Source of the DNA: Octopus sinensis
Lineage: Eukaryota
NCBI RefSeq assembly: GCF_006345805.1
Contig: NC_043014.1
Location: 30,628,001-30,692,000 of the forward strand
Reading direction: 5' to 3'
Length of the DNA: 64,000 bases
Of this stretch, positions 13,010-26,523 are shown piece after piece. A model generated the notes under the pieces. That model worked only from the letters and a program-made list of their open reading frames with translations, had not been told where the DNA came from and searched no databases. Position 1 is the stretch's first letter, and the number at the start of each line of letters is the position of its first letter. The translations under genes were made by a program, and so were the position numbers.

Positions 13010-13400
13010 GGCGGCGAGCTGGCAGAATCGTTAGCACCCCGGGCGAAATGCTCAGCGGTATTTCGTCTGCCGGTACGTTCTGAGTTCAAATTCCGCCGAG
13101 GTCGACTTTGCCTTTCATCCTTTCGGGGTCGATTAAATAAGTACCAGTTACGAACTGGGGTCGATATAATCGACTTAATCTGTTTGCCTGTCCTTGTTCG
13201 CACCCTCTGTGTTTAGTCCCTTGTGGGTAGTAAAGAAATAGGTATTTCGTCTGCCGTTTCGTTCTGAGTTCAAATTCCGCCGAGGTCAACTTTGCCTTTC
13301 ATCCTTTCGTGGTCGATTAAATTAGTACCAGTTATGCACTGAGATCGATATAATCGACTTAATCCGTTTGTCCTGATTTGTCCCCTCTGTGTGTAGCCCC
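13010..13400 (+). mobile_element. SINE family B with a tandem partial duplication
   Basis: Sequence ggcggcgagctggcagaatcgttagc...gagttcaaattccgccgaggtcgac, with the body repeated at about 13240-13400. Other copies at about 44330-44540 (+), and 31505-31900, 55630-55790, 56230-56420 and 58390-58600 (-). Confidence 0.85.
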
Positions 13401-13402
13401 TT

Positions 13403-14705
13403 TACGACCACAATCAGTTCCGACTGACTGGTCGTAAGTCGGCCTATGGGTCTACATAGCTTTGTTTTATATTTTTACATTCTTTAGGTACATTCTCAGG
13501 TAAAATCACACACAGTATTCTGTATTATACTACAACAGTGCTTTTTGTTCATAGAAAAGTACCAAAGAATGCAAATACAAGAAATACACAATATAGTGTA
13601 AGAAACAGTTGCAAAACTTACATAAAAACTTTATTGTGGACTGGTGCTTGGCTGTGGATCTTCAATGCCATTTGCTGAGGCAACAATTGTAGTAGACGGA
13701 GTTGGCTTTTTGATAAACATGGTAAGCTTTGTCTGAATTGTTTGTTTCTTTTTCTCTTCATAAATTTCACGATACGGACGAAACACATCGTGTGCCATTC
13801 ATCCGTTCAATCCTTGCAAATCGTTCGATGTTTGGGTCAATTGCTTCAAAGTGTGCAAGAAGTTTATTCAGTTGAAATAAACCTTCTGATAATTCTTTTG
13901 TAGTGAAATTCCATTCTGACACCTCCTCTTCTTTACACGTCAGAATATTGTACTTTTTCCAAAATTCTCACAGTGATAGTTCTTGGTCAGCGGCTATAGC
14001 TGAAGCGAAAGTGGTTCGAATATAGTTAGCCTTCATTGTAGCAATCGAACCTTGATCCACTGGCTGGATAAGTGGAGTCGTGTTCGACGGAAAAAAATAC
14101 ACCACTTTCACGTCGGGATGCAGGTCCGATAGATGAGACAGATTCCAGGCGCATTATATAGAAGCAATAAAATCTGGAAAGGAATTCCTCTCTCCAAACA
14201 ATATCCACGAACTTGAGGAATAAAACAATTCAGTCCTCGTGTCATCCATACTTTAGGCTGAGAACAAAAGTAGACGGGTAACGTGTGCCTATCTACATTC
14301 TTGAACGCACGCGGGTTTTCTGAGTAGAAAATTACGGAAGGTTTCAGCTTAAAACCTACGATGTTCCCGCCAAGCAGCAAAGTCAGCCTGTCCTTAAATC
14401 CTTTAAATCCAGGCATGGATTTGGCTTCTTTGTTGATGCAAGTGCGTACTGCCATGCGTTTCCAAACCGTTTCATCCACATTAAAAACCTGCCTTGCTAG
14501 ATCGTAATTATTTCGTTCAAATAGCCAATAAGCTAACCAGATGTTTCCTCGTCTGCACTCGCCGCTTCTCCAGTTATTCGAACATTATGAAGTTGGAATC
14601 TTTCTTTAAAGCTTTTGAACCAGCCAGTACTTGCTAAAAAATTTTGACTGTATTCTTCACTGGAACGCTCCTTTAGCGTCTGAAATAGACTTCTGGCCTT
14701 CGACT
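13403..14705 (-). mobile_element. Tigger/pogo (CENP-B-like DDE_1) transposon fragment
   Basis: Translates as ASTGWFKSFKERF...MDETVWKRM..RT.I.KE.K.MPGFK..KDRLTLLLGGN...LLLLYNAPG, with a C-terminal KQTKLTMFIKK-like segment and a subterminal palindrome at about 13403-13442. Confidence 0.85.
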
Positions 14706-15503
14706 GCACACTAAAAAAAAAAACTTAGAGGTGTCCAAATTTGTAGCTATTTTTCGTGGATGGACCCAGTCCACTGCTTTATTATAACTGTAGATCGCAT
14801 GAGTGCTGAACCTTTCACAGCTTTAGAGAAATGAATATTTTTTTTAATGAAATTTTCAGCAAATACACTTCAGATGGTGTAGATTCCGAATACATCAGAA
14901 TCTTTTGTGAAAAAAGTTTTCTGTGAGTCAGAGCGGTTTCAGAAAATTCCCATGAATCAGATTTGTTTCCTCATAACTCCCAAGAAAAATAGGTATTTTT
15001 TAATGAAAGTTTCAACAAATACCTTTCAGAGTGTGTAGATTATGAGTATATCAGAATTTAATACGAAAAATAAAGGTGGTGGACTCATACACATACAAAC
15101 TGACACACATCACATATCTACAAATTGAAAGTTGAAATTTTGAAAAACAAATTGTATGGTGCAACAGTATGAGTGCATGTTCACCTTTTTTTTTTTCCCC
15201 ATATTAAATTCCATTATAATTGTAATCCATACAGTCTAAAAAGTATTTGTAGAAAACTTCATAAAAAGGTATTCCTTTTTCTGAAAGTTATAGGGAAGCA
15301 AAGCCAAATCATGTAAATTTTCCAAAACTCTTCTCTTCATCCTTCGAAAACTTTCTTTTTCCCCAACAAAATGTAATCTAATCAGAATCTACACTATCTG
15401 AAGTGTATTTATAGAAAATTTCATTTTAAAATATTCATTTTTCTGGAAGTTATGAGGAAACAAAGTTGGTGGCTGAGTATACTTGTGTAGGTATGCCCAA
15501 TAT

Positions 15504-15646
15504 TTAACCCTTTAGCGTTCTGTCAAATATAATACACTTTTATTCAGATTGTTCTGAATTAATCATGCATTATCTTGTAGCTTTGAGGTTTCAATGATTA
15601 GAAACTTTGGGGCCAGATGCAGCTGATTTAAATGCTAAAGGGTTAA
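15504..15646. mobile_element. TTAA-flanked piggyBac-like MITE (internally deleted copy)
   Basis: Termini ttaaccctttagc and gctaaagggttaa. Related copies at 1-184, 32447-32883, 50717-51356 and about 54655-54760. Confidence 0.7.
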
Positions 15647-16628
15647 TAGACATATCATTTGTTAGTATTTAATGCTAATGGGGGAATATACACAAGGTTT
15701 ATATGTTTTGAAATTTACAATGGAAATGAAACTAATTCCATCACAAATTTAAAAGAAAATAGCATCCATGGCTATTTTGCTAAATTATTTCACTTCCAGT
15801 CACAACAACATATTATATGATTTTAAAATTTCTCTCTGCTAAATACGTTCTCTCTCTCTCTCTTTCAGTTTATCTCTTACTTCAACAAACTTTTTAACCA
15901 TGTAATTCCCCTCTAACATTTTTTGCTTTCTCTTTCCTTTTACATCTTACTTCTACTAACCACATGACAAGTGTAAAGCATGGAAGGGCTATTGGCTATC
16001 TCACTCATTCCCTCTTCCCCCTCTCCTTCTCTCAATCTCTCTCCCTCTTTGTCGCTCTCACTCCACCTCTCTCTAATAAACTAAAGCATAATATGTGAGC
16101 AAACAAGCAGAATTATAATAGAGATCAAGAGCAAAACTAGTATTCCAAATGCATTTCCTTTACAGTAATAAAACAGGCATAATATGAAATTTTAAAATGC
16201 ACCAAATGTTCCAGTCTTTGCTTTAATACATGTATATACAAACATACATACATACACACACTGTCAGTGGATCATATATCCTAGAAAGAAGTTAAATATA
16301 TGTCCAGTCATAGAGTGACCAATGGTGTCACACCCATAAAACACATAGCTTTATAGGCAACTTGTCAGACTCAAATGGCCACAGGTATGTAACCGCTCTT
16401 CAAACCAGTTTGAAGAGAGGTTATGTGCCCACAGCTACTGGAGTCTGATGAGTTGTCTATAAAGCTAAGTTAAGTGCCTTAGGGATCTGAAGCCATTGGT
16501 CACTCTATGATCAGGGATATATTTAACTTCATGTAAATATATATATATATCTGTAAAATAATATGTGACAATTATTAACATAATATCGAGGTCTCTTTCT
16601 TTCTTTTGTTATCTTACCGTTTTTACCA

Positions 16629-16684
<56 letters not shown>

Positions 16685-18919
16685 CAACCAGACTGGAACC
16701 TGGTGCAGATCTCCAGCTTGCTAGCTCTGGTCAAACCGTCCAACCCATGCCAGCATGGGAAATGGACAATAAAGGATGATGATACACACAAACATATATA
16801 TATTGCCATCTGGTTTTGCACTTATATGTGCACAGTGTATCTATTCAGGTATATATATGTACCATCTGACTCGTACAACTATGGGTCAGTCAGAATTTGC
16901 AAAGGCAGATTTTCTATGCCCGGATGCCCTACCTGTCACCAACCCTCACCTGTTTCCAAATAAGGTAATATTTTCATGCTTGTATGATCGTGATGCTGCT
17001 GTACAACTACTACATGATGTCCATACAATATACCACACACACACACACACACATGACAGGCTTCTTTCAGTTTCCATCTACCAAATACACTCACAAGGCA
17101 TATACATGCATATTTTTTTTTATTAATATTAATTGGCAGAAGTTACAGACTCAAGGGCCAAGAGTTTCATTCATTTGTACTTATCAAAAGGAGTCATTCA
17201 GCAACTTCTGCCAATTACTAATAAATGTAGATTTTTTTTTTTTTTACTTGTTTCAGTCATTTGGCTGCAGCAATAATGGAGCATTTCCTTGAAGGGTTTT
17301 TAACCGGAGAAATCAACCCAGGACTTATTCTTTGTAAGTCCAGCTAAACTGCTAAGTTACAGGAACAAACACAGACACACATATATGACGGGCTTCTTTC
17401 AGTTTCCATCGACCAAATCCACTCACAATACTTTGGTCAGCCTGAGGCTATAGTAGAAGACACTTGCCCAAGGTATCACACCGTGGGATTGAACCCAGAA
17501 CCATGTGGTTGGGAAGCAAGCTTCTTACAACATTAGGATCACTCAGTCGGTTACGACGACGAGTCCCAGCTCATACGATCAATGGAACAGCTTGCTCGTG
17601 AAATTAACGTGCAAATGGCTGAGCACTCCACAGACACCTGTACCCTTAACGTAGTTCTCAGGGAGATTCAGTGTGACAAGGCTGGCCCTATGAAACACAG
17701 GTACTACTCATTATTGGCAGCTGAGTGGACTGGAGCAACGTGAGATAAAGTTTCTTGCTCAAGGACACAACGCATCGCTATTTTCCTGTTTGCCTTACAT
17801 GTAGTTTGATGGATAGATAGACAAACGCATACATATTTACAAGCTCACACACATATATATTCTAACTTTTATATGTTTCAGTCATTGGACTACGGTCGAA
17901 CAAATCGACACCAGTACTTATTCTATCGGTCTGTTTTATCGAATCACTAACTTACAGAGACGTAAATAAATCAACACTGGATATCAAACGGTGGAAACAA
18001 ATTCAAACACAAAAACAGATAGACAGACAGATAGATAAGAGGGCTTCCATACGGTTTCTTTTTACTAATTTCATTCACAATGCACTTGTCGGTCCGGGGC
18101 CACAGTCGAAGACACTTATCCAAGGTACCACGTTGTAAGACTGAACCTGAAGCCACGTAGTTGCAAAGCGAGCTTCTTAACCACACAGCCATGCCTGCGG
18201 TTAAACACGCGCGTGCGTGTGTGTGCATAAAGCACATGTATTTGTATTATTGTTAGTTTCGAAATTGAAAACATTCAGAAGTTTCACAGGGACTCCGAGT
18301 CAACACTTGTCAAACTTGACCTAACTCCTACACAACTGTCATCTTTATGATATAAAATGTGTCTATTTGACTTGAGTTCTCGTATTGTGTTCTATGAGAA
18401 AATATTTCATTATTCTATAATATATATCTACACATTACATAAAACATTTAAAAAAATATAAAATTCGACATTGCGATATAGCTAACTTTAGATATCCGTT
18501 AAAGTACATTACCTCCCAACACAAACACGCAATTCTTTTTATTTGACTAATTGTATGTTGTAAGTCATCAACAATGAGAGGACCCATACCGACGTGGTCG
18601 TTCGATTTGATAGAAACAGTAGCCAAATCTCCCTCGAATTACATCTGAACGTCTTGTAAAAGACATTAATAATGCAGTCCCACGTACCCCGCCAAAAAAA
18701 ATAATGGGATGATCATGGCAGAACTCTCTCCTTGGTTAAAAATTTTATAGGGCTAAACAAGAGCAGAAAATAAACTTCACATAAAAGAAATACAATAGAT
18801 CCAAGCGATTGCAAAAGTTCGTATCGTCTTTAGTACTTGCAAACGAACAAAGGGAATCTGTAAGCTATCGCTTCATCTGCTGGAAATAACAGTCACATAT
18901 CCCTCAAATCACATCCTAC

Positions 18920-19407
18920 CATTTAAAAAATAGTGTGGAAGGACATATTGAACAATGAAGTTCAAAATATACTCAAAACGTAAATGGTCAAGACTGGTAC
19001 ATTTTTGAATCATAGAGTTGCTTGATGAAGAATCTTCTACTGTTACGCAACTACAACAATTATGATTATTGTTCTTATGGGGAATATTGGGGATGTGGAG
19101 CACTAGTTTTGCTTTTTTGCGATGTAGTATAGCTGAAAAATTAATTAACAATGTCCCTTATTGCCACCACTGTAATAAAGGTGAGATACTTTAAATAACT
19201 TCTTTAAAACACACACGCGCACACACATAAATCTGAAATATTCACTGTTCTCCTCATAGTTTCGTGTTGTTACTTTGTATGTATGTGTGTGAGTGTGGAA
19301 TTCATATGTCTGTGTGTTGGTGTACTTAAACTTTATTTGTACCAACCTGTTGTTAAATTTCGTTTCACAGCTATTGCCACAGGGCGATCTAAACTCCTGG
19401 TGTCCAT
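18920..19407 (-). CDS. Candidate two-exon coding start of an unidentified gene (19347-19407 plus 18920-19132)
   Basis: GT-AG sites and compatible phases give MDTRSLDRPVAIAVKRNLTTAILHRKKAKLVLHIPNIPHKNNNHNCCSCVTVEDSSSSNSMIQKCTSLDHLRFEYILNFIVQYVLPHYFLN. No homologue recognised. Confidence 0.3.
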
Positions 19408-21429
19408 GACGTTTTAGTCTCTGTTTCTGTATTCTGTAGTTTACTACTTCCACCGCACAACTCTGTAAGTTGGAAGTTGAATGAGTAATAAGATATATAA
19501 ACAACAGTGAGTGAGAAGAGAGTAATGGGAGGGAAGAGGGGGTGGAGAAGTAAAAGAAGACTAAAAAACTATTGCGGTAACTTAACTTAAAACTAAGGGA
19601 GGGAATCGAGAAGTATGCTTTTTGTCTGTAAGTTATTTCCCTTGCAATTTTTTTCTTTTTCTTTACATTCCCCCAGACCCTAACGATTTTGATTTCGTTG
19701 ACATCGGACCATCCCTTCAGATGTCAGTAAAATAAAATACCTGTGAAATATTGAGGACAATTTATATTCCTATAACGTATTCTAAATGCGAATGGAATTA
19801 TAATAGAAAACAAAATATACAGAGATGGCGAACCGACGAGGAAGCGTCTATGCCGTCTCTCGACTTACAAAATAATTATGAAAATCATATACAGCTCCTC
19901 ACCCTTTAAAAGAAGAGGGATAATTTTATCCTTCTGTTGAACCACGGGTCCCGTAAACGTAATTATACGTACGACATGTTTCCGAGCAGCTTATTCTACC
20001 AAATTTCGTCACAAGCAATTGGTTAATGCGAAATTTTGGAAGAAAACATTTGCTGAAAGTTGCAGCATTGTAGGATGCAACGTGATTGTGAAGCGGGGTT
20101 TTAACTACGCAGCTGTATGTGATCCTGATATAGTTGGTCTGAATAAAAGATAAAACAGTTCTAGATCTGTCTGATCATAGCTAACGTGGAGCTCTAATCA
20201 GCGAACTAAATTGAGATGGTGAACGAACGAGCTGACAATCGACGCGTTTAGTCGACCTGCTAGAAATAGCAAGTGGATCTCTTACTGAAGTCAGTCTTTT
20301 AAAAGAAAGGACACATTGCAAAATATATTCCTGCGTAGACTGTCTACGTTGGGGGATTGAGGACGAGTTGGTTACGGTTGGAACAGCTTTGATTTTAGAT
20401 CTTCTCTAACAGGGTGGCCTGAAGCTAAAGAACACCTTAATGAAGACTATTATTTGATTTCTTATCTTATATAAACTTTTTTTCTTTTTGCCATTTCTAA
20501 AAGGATGAGTTGATTCCAAATTCTTGCTAATCAAACATAACAAAACAAGTATACGTAAAGAAATGGGTGTTGCTATTTAATGGTTGAATGATTAAGACGA
20601 AAGTACTTCAGTGGGAACATTCGCTGGATAAATACGTATGTTGTAGAGTCTTACATACATACACACACACACACACACGGACAGACAGACAGACAAAATG
20701 GGTTGAAACTTTAACTTAAGTTATTTATATAATCAGTAATAAAAAATTCCCTCCAAGAGTATTTAAGTTCTAAAAATAAACAAGAACGACAACTCTAATA
20801 CAATCGACTAGTTGAGATTTTTGGTTTATAAAGCTGATGCAGGTAGGAGTGAATCTAACCTGTTTCCACTAATTTACTTTAAGATAAGGTCTACTTCCAT
20901 TTGCATTGACTTTCTTCCATTTTTATATCACACTAACGAATATAAGAGAAAAGCCAAAGAGAGAACTTCTTCATAGCTATTTGACTGACTAGAAATAGTA
21001 GCCAAATTTTATTCAGATCAAATCCTTCTGCTTTTAGGAAATAGATTGAACTATGTGGTCCTAGATATACAAGAAAGGTAGGATGGTCATAGGTGGAACA
21101 ACTTTGATCATAGGCCTTCTTGAGTAGGACTCACCTAGAGCCAAAAAACAACAGCACAGAGTCAGGGAGAGACACATACATAAGCAGAGAATAATAGACA
21201 CACAGACACAGAGAAACACATACAGAGTGGGAAATGTATTCATACAGGGATAGCAAAACATCACAGATACTGAGAAGGAGAAACACACATAGAGAGAAAA
21301 GAGGCACAGCCATACAAAGATGCACAGAAAAAGAAAAGCTCTTTGAGAAGTATTTTGCCAGTGGCGTTTGTGATTGAAGTCATATGAATGAATAATCTCA
21401 TAATGAAATATCTCTGCAAATTTCTATTT

Positions 21430-24400
21430 ACTGTTTGTGGTTCCTCACAGGCAAAGAACAAAGGTATAAGATTTTCTGGGTAGGGAACACTGACGGGGTC
21501 GGGGGCATGGGTATGCTTCTTGTGGAGAAATGGGTTGATAAGGTAATCAAGGTGGTCAGAGTATGCCACAGAATACTTAAGATTAGATTAGTGCTGCATC
21601 ATGGGTTGGCAAACATTATCTCGGCCTATGTCCCTCAGCCAGGGCTACCTGATGGACAGAAAGGCTGATTTTATGACACCCTCTTGCAGACTACCTTGTC
21701 AACAAATGACAGGGACCTTCTCTTTGTGGCTGGTGACTTCAATGAACATGTTGGACAACATACAAGGTGTTTCCATGGCATACATGGAGGCTATGGTTTT
21801 GGTACCACAATGTGGAGGGAACCAAGCTGCTGGAGTTCTTTGATGCAAATGATCTTAAGGTTTGTAATACTGACTTCAGGAAACCTGCCAGTCACCTATT
21901 CACTTACCAATCTGGTAGACACACTAGTCAAATTGACTACATCCTAGCCAAGAAATGGGAAAGATGACTACTTATAAATGCCAAAACCTTCCCAGGTGAA
22001 GAATGCATCCCATAACATAGATTAGTAGTTAGCGACTTCAGGATCAGGGCTAAATGGATGCCCAGAAGACAACCAGCATGAAGGAGATGGGGGTCTGGAA
22101 GCTTATGGATTCTCTGAATGGACAGAGATTTAGAGATATATTACTCAAAGCTTTTGACGAAATAGAGGGGGATATAGCATCACGTAATGTGGAAGACAAC
22201 TGGCGGTTTCTACAAAACAACTTGTTGAGGGCCACTGACCAGAGCTGTGACTGGTGCAATGTCCCTTCTCGACCCAAGGTAACGTGGTGGTGGAACAATG
22301 TAGTTGACAGGGTCATTAGGGAAAAGAAACAGGCATGGGAGAACAGTGGTAGCAAGGAATTGTATCAGACTGCCAGAAGGGAAGCTAGGAGACAGGTTTA
22401 TTTAGCCAGAGAGGAAGCAGATAAAAAATTTACTAATGTTCTACATCATGAGGACCAAAGACTTGATGTGTTTCATGTTGCAAGACAGTGCATGAGAGAG
22501 AATCATGATATCATACAAGAGAAATGTGTCCACATGGATGATGGCTCACTTGCATTTAATGAGACGGCATGGAGAGAGACTTAGAGATGCTACTATGAAA
22601 GGTTGCTAAATGAAGAGAATGAATGGGAGAAAGAAAGTCTGCCAACAGAGGGACCAACTATCTGAATTGACAGTACCTTGGTAGATAAAGCAATTAAAGG
22701 TATGAAGACAAGGAAAGCCCCCAGCTCATCAGGAATCAATGCAGAGATGCTTAAAATATCTGGCAGTGTCGGCTATGGTCTAGTCACCCATATAGTCAAC
22801 CAGGTGATACATGAAGGAGTCATACCCAATGATTGGTGTAGCAGCATAATAGTCAACTGCTACAAAGGTAAAGGTGACCCATTAGATACAAATAATTAGA
22901 GGTATCAAATTGTTGGATCAGGAAATGAAAGTCACAGAGAGGGTCATAGCCCAACTAATTAGGGTGAGAGTCAGTCTAGATGAGATGCAGTTTGGGTTTC
23001 TGCCAGGGAAAAGCACCACTAATGCTATATTTCTGGTAAGACAGCTGCAAGAGAAATACCTAACCCAAGATAAACCTCTGTACCTGGCTTTTGTTGACAT
23101 GGAGAAAGCCTTTGACAAGGTGTCCCAATCTCTTATCTGGTGGTCAATGAGGAAACTAGGGATAGATGATTGGTTGATGAGAGCTGTACAAGCCATGTAT
23201 AGGGATGCTACCAGTAAGGTGAGGGTTGGCAACGAGTACAGTGAAGAATTCCATGTAGGGGTTGGAGTCCACCTAGGATCACTACTCAGCCCCCTCTTAT
23301 TCATCATAGTCATCCAGGCAATAACAAAGGAATTCAAGACAGGATGCCCCTGGGAGCTTTGTTGCTCTAATAGCTGAGTCACTATTAGAACTAGAGGAGA
23401 AGTTTCAGGTGTGGAAGCAAGGACTAGAATCGAAGAGCCTTAGAGTCAACCTAGCAAAAACCAAAGTCTTAATAAGTAGAAAAGCAGACAAACCACAAAA
23501 CCCTTCAGGTGGACAGCCCTGCTCGATCTGTAGAAAAGGTGTAGGTAGAAACTCCTTAAGACGTACCCAGTGCAAGCTATAGACACATAAGAGATGCAGC
23601 AATATCAAAGGAAAGCTAACTGGAAAGATAGTTTTTGTATGTGGCAAATGCTCAGGAGCAATAAACACTGAAAATGTGCAGAGAACAGCTTCTGTTACAT
23701 TCCAGGGGAAAAAACTAGAAGTTGTTGATAGCTTCCATTACCTAGGTGACCAAGTCAGTAGCAGGGGTGGGTGCTCTGAAAGTGTGACTAGAATAAGAAT
23801 AGCCCGGGCAAAGTTCAGAGAACTCCTGCCTCTGCTGGTGACAAAGAGCCTCTTGCTCAGAGTAAAAGGTAGACTGTATAGCATATGAGTACGAACAGCC
23901 ATGCTACATGGCAGTGGAACATGAGCCGTGACTGCTGAGGACATGCGTAAGCTTGCAGGGAATGAAGCTGGTATGCTCCACTAGATATGTAATGTCAGTG
24001 TGCATACACAACAGAGTGTAAGCACCCTGAGAGAAAAGTTGGACCTAAGAAGCATCAGATATGGTGTGCAAGAGAGACGACTGTGCTGGTATGGTCATGT
24101 GTTGCGAATTTATGAGTACAGCTGTGTGGAAACATGTCGCACCCTAACAGTTGAGGGAACCTGTGGAAGAGATAGACCCAGGAGGACTTGGTGAAGCACA
24201 ACCTTCGAACATTGGACCTCACTGAGGCAATGACAAGTGACCAAGACCTTTGGAAATATGCTGCAATTGAGAAGACCTGGCAAGCCAAGTGAGACCATAA
24301 CTGTGGCTTAAGCCAGTGCTGCATAACCAACCCATTTAAGAGTACCCTTCAATCATTGGATAATAAACTACGCTTTTGAAGACCTGTTGAGGCAAGTGAA

Positions 24401-24702
24401 ATTGTTGTCATGGCTGATAACAGTACCACCTGATTGGCATCCATGCCAGTGGAACATTAAAAGCACCATTCAAGCGTGATCATTTCCAGGGCTGCTGACT
24501 GGCTCCTGTGCCGGTGGCACATAAAAGCACCCACTACACTCTCAGAGTGGTTGGCGTTAGGAAGGGCATCCAGCTGTAGAAACTTTGCCAGATCAGATTG
24601 GAGCCTGGTGGAGCCTTCTGGCTCGCCAGCCCTCAGTCAGACCGTCCTACTCATGCTAGCATGGAAAGCGGACGTTAAACAACAATGTTGATGATGATGA
24701 TG
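21430..24702 (+). mobile_element. Near full-length decayed RTE LINE with a (GAT)n tail
   Basis: EN motifs ISAYVPQ, AGDFNEHVG and SQIDYIL. RT motifs QFGFLPGKSTT, VDMEKAFD and GSLLSPLLF. The YADD codons are deleted near 23355. The 3' UTR ends ...aatgttgatgatgatgatg. Confidence 0.92.
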
Positions 24703-24929
24703 TTCTTTTCTGCTTCTCTTATGAAGAACACTAAAAAAGATACCTGGCAATGCCCAGGTATAGTGTTAAAGTAACATAAGGCAAAAGAGTGTAATTTGAA
24801 GGTTATTTAGCAACTATTCCTCCTCGGATGGCTCACTAGAGATATTTAATAGCTTTTGTTACCTTGGAGGTGTAATTAGAAAGAGAGGTTGTTGCTCTCA
24901 AAGTATAATAGCTAGAGTAAGAATGAATC

Positions 24930-25105
24930 AGAGGAAGTTCTGGGAGCTACTGCTGTTGTTGACAATAAAGATCTTTTCCCTTAAAGTGATGGGCAAATTG
25001 TATGATGCTTATGTTAGAACTGCAATGCTGCATGGTAGTGAGACATGAACCTTGAATGCAAAGGACTTGAGAAGACAGGAAAAGAATGAAGCAAGATACT
25101 GTGTC
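24930..25105 (+). mobile_element. RTE ORF fragment
   Basis: Translates as SLKVMGKLYDAYVRTAMLHGSET, homologous to the RT C-terminal part of the 21430-24702 element. Confidence 0.65.
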
Positions 25106-26215
25106 TTGTTGATTGATGTATACATATATACCAGGGTCAATAATGTGACTATCCAAGGGGTCAATAAACACCTAAAACAATTTAGCATATTAACAGCAAA
25201 CTGAATCTAGAAGAACACAGTAATCTAAAACTAAAACTCACCAATTTCCAGCCAGATATCAATATCGTAACTAGTATTTACCAAACACAAATTTCACATT
25301 ATATATTCTCACTACACAATATGACTGAATTTTTAAAATTCTTTATCAATTTTGTTTTGTCTTTTATTTTTTTTGGCTAAGAGACTGCAGCCATGCTGGG
25401 GCACCATGTTGAAGAATGTTTTTTTAGCAGAATGTATTAGCCCCAAGACTTATTTTTATGGTTGGAAAGCACCTTTCTTGCCACACAACCCAGCCTGTGC
25501 CTATGTTAAGTAGCTTCATGAAATTTTTTTGAATATTTTTTATTAAAAAGTGGTAATGACACAAAAGAATGGGAGTTATTGCTTTTTTTAAGTCAAGAAA
25601 TTTTTTATTAATCATACATTTTAATTTTATTTAAAAATTTTTCATAGGTGCAGGAGTGGCTGTGTGGTAAGTAGCTTGCTTACCAACCACATTGTTCCGG
25701 GTTCAGTCCCACTGTGTGACACCTTGGGAAAGTGTCTTCTACTATAGCCTCAGGCCAACCAAAGCCTTGTGAGTGGATTTGGTAGACGGAAACTGAAAGA
25801 AGCCCATCATATATATGTATGTGTATATATATGTATGTGTTTGTGTGTCTGTGTTTGTCCCCATCAACATTGCTTGACAACCAATGCTGGTGTGTTTACG
25901 TCCTGTAACTTAGCGCTTTGGCAAAAGAGACCAATAGAATAATTACTAGGCTTACAAAGAATATGTCCTGGGGTTGATTTGCTCGACTAAAGGCGGTGCT
26001 CCCACATGGCCGCAGTCAAATGACTGAAACAAGTAAAAGAGTAAAAGAGATGATGAGGTCAATAAGTTATCAATGAATCCATGAACTGATCAATGGCATA
26101 AGATGCTTGGCAATCCTTGATATACACAAACATAAGTGAGAAAAGGGTGATTTGAGATATTTGGCTGCTTTTTCTAATGTCCATCTACCCTATAATAGTC
26201 TTGCTTATTGGTTCT

Positions 26216-26304
<89 letters not shown>

Positions 26305-26523
26305 TAAAATAGTAGGGTGTGTGAGGAAGATGTGGTTATTTCTTACAGGTCTAGCTATCATAGGCATCCTCTTGTTAGCATATACATATATTTTATATGT
26401 ACTTAAAACAGTAGGTATAATTTAAAGGAAATTTGACTGTTATTTCTAGCAGGTTAGCTAGCACATAGGTCTATCATAAGCTCATACATGCAAACACACA
26501 TAGATATATAATGTATATGTGTG

